A DNA stretch of 64,000 bases, taken from the NCBI GenBank assembly GCA_043228905.1, contig JBHGNT010000007.1, positions 1,240,001 through 1,304,000 of the forward strand. The letters run 5' to 3'. The stretch comes from Azolla caroliniana. Its lineage: Eukaryota > Plantae > Polypodiophyta. Both the position numbers and the translations under genes were made by a program. The notes under the pieces were generated by a model that worked only from the letters and a program-made list of their open reading frames with translations, did no database searches and was not told the origin of the DNA. The first letter of the stretch is position 1; each line of letters opens with the position of its first letter. This document shows positions 63,203 to 64,000 of this stretch, piece by piece.

Positions 63203-63892
63203 ATGAAGATGTCCCGACAAACATTTGTGCTTCTACTGTCAGTGGCCGCGGCATTCGTATTTACATTATCGATCAATCTTGGTGCCATGGCGCAAAGCGG
63301 CTGCGGGGGGAGTTGCAACACACTCGACGATTGTGACGGCCAACTCATTTGCATCAATGGTAAGTGTGACGATGACCCGGATGTAGGCACCACTATTTGC
63401 CAGGGCAGTGGGGGAGGCGGTGGCACTGGAGGAGACGGCAATACGTGCCCCACCACAAGCCAGAACTCGGACTCGTGTTGCAATAGCAATACATGCCAGA
63501 AGGTGTCGTGCTCCCCGCCGATTTCTTCTAGTGGAACCGCGGCCACTCTCACTCTCAATAGCTTTGCACCTGATGGTGATGGCGGTGGCCCGTCGGAATG
63601 CGATGGCCAATATCATTCGGACGACACTCAAGTGGTCGCGCTCTCGACCGGGTGGTACAGTGGAGGCAGCCGGTGCGGGCGCAACATCCGAATCAATGGC
63701 AACGGCCAGTCCACACTTGCGACCGTGGTGGACGAATGTGACTCGGAGAATGGGTGCGACTCGGAGCACGCCGGACAACCCCCTTGCGCCAACAACATCG
63801 TGGACGGCTCCCCGGCCGTTTGGGCAGCCCTCGGCGTGTCCCAGAATAGCGACATGTATGGCTTCATGGACGTGACGTGGCAAGATGCTTAG
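63203..63892 (+). CDS. Kiwellin / ripening-related secreted protein (Cys-rich N-terminal domain plus DPBB barrel)
   Basis: Signal peptide; [29 protein letters not shown]; [21 protein letters not shown]; VVALSTGWY; [33 protein letters not shown]. Confidence 0.95.
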   Translation: MKMSRQTFVLLLSVAAAFVFTLSINLGAMAQSGCGGSCNTLDDCDGQLICINGKCDDDPDVGTTICQGSGGGGGTGGDGNTCPTTSQNSDSCCNSNTCQKVSCSPPISSSGTAATLTLNSFAPDGDGGGPSECDGQYHSDDTQVVALSTGWYSGGSRCGRNIRINGNGQSTLATVVDECDSENGCDSEHAGQPPCANNIVDGSPAVWAALGVSQNSDMYGFMDVTWQDA

Positions 63893-64000
63893 ATTGAACT
63901 GCCACCTTCTAATTGTACTCTCACAAAAAGTAGTAGCCTTTTGGGCTCTCTGCCTTTAACAATAAAAGAAAGGGTCACTAAGGTCATTCATTGGACGTCC

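Noticed and set aside
63266-63883. Long antisense and alternate-frame ORFs over the kiwellin
   Set aside because: Shadow ORFs caused by high GC content; no recognisable motifs.

Overview
AT-rich nuclear DNA from a land plant. A fern or other seed-free vascular plant is most likely, inferred from the PPR style and TE content. Seven host genes are supported: a 3-exon U-box/ARM E3 ligase (PUB43/44-SAUL1 type, +), a KIX8/9-like EAR adaptor (+), a multi-exon PHD-finger protein (-), a single-exon membrane-anchored protein with Kunitz/STI beta-trefoil-like motifs (+), a 6-exon rhodanese-like gene (-) whose last ~8 kb intron holds a whole Copia element, a PLS-class PPR gene (+) and a kiwellin (+). 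Between them are nested, decayed retroelements: two related Ty3/gypsy elements (one full length, with chromodomain, both LTRs and a CCAAT target-site duplication), two Ty1/copia elements and several LINE relics. The most striking observation concerns the two Copia elements, whose termini are unrelated in sequence. Both carry a ~200-217 bp TG...CA palindrome with 91-bp arms directly against the tRNA-Met primer-binding site, where the 5' LTR should be. In the complete element (GATAA TSD) this hairpin shares only its terminal 22 nt with the 3' LTR, which canonical LTR reverse transcription does not explain. The two gypsy leaders also share a conserved, apparently structured ~150-nt block located ~96-97 nt upstream of the putative gag ATG, and each carries its own array of repeats. 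Coordinates were read by eye and may be off by a few bases.
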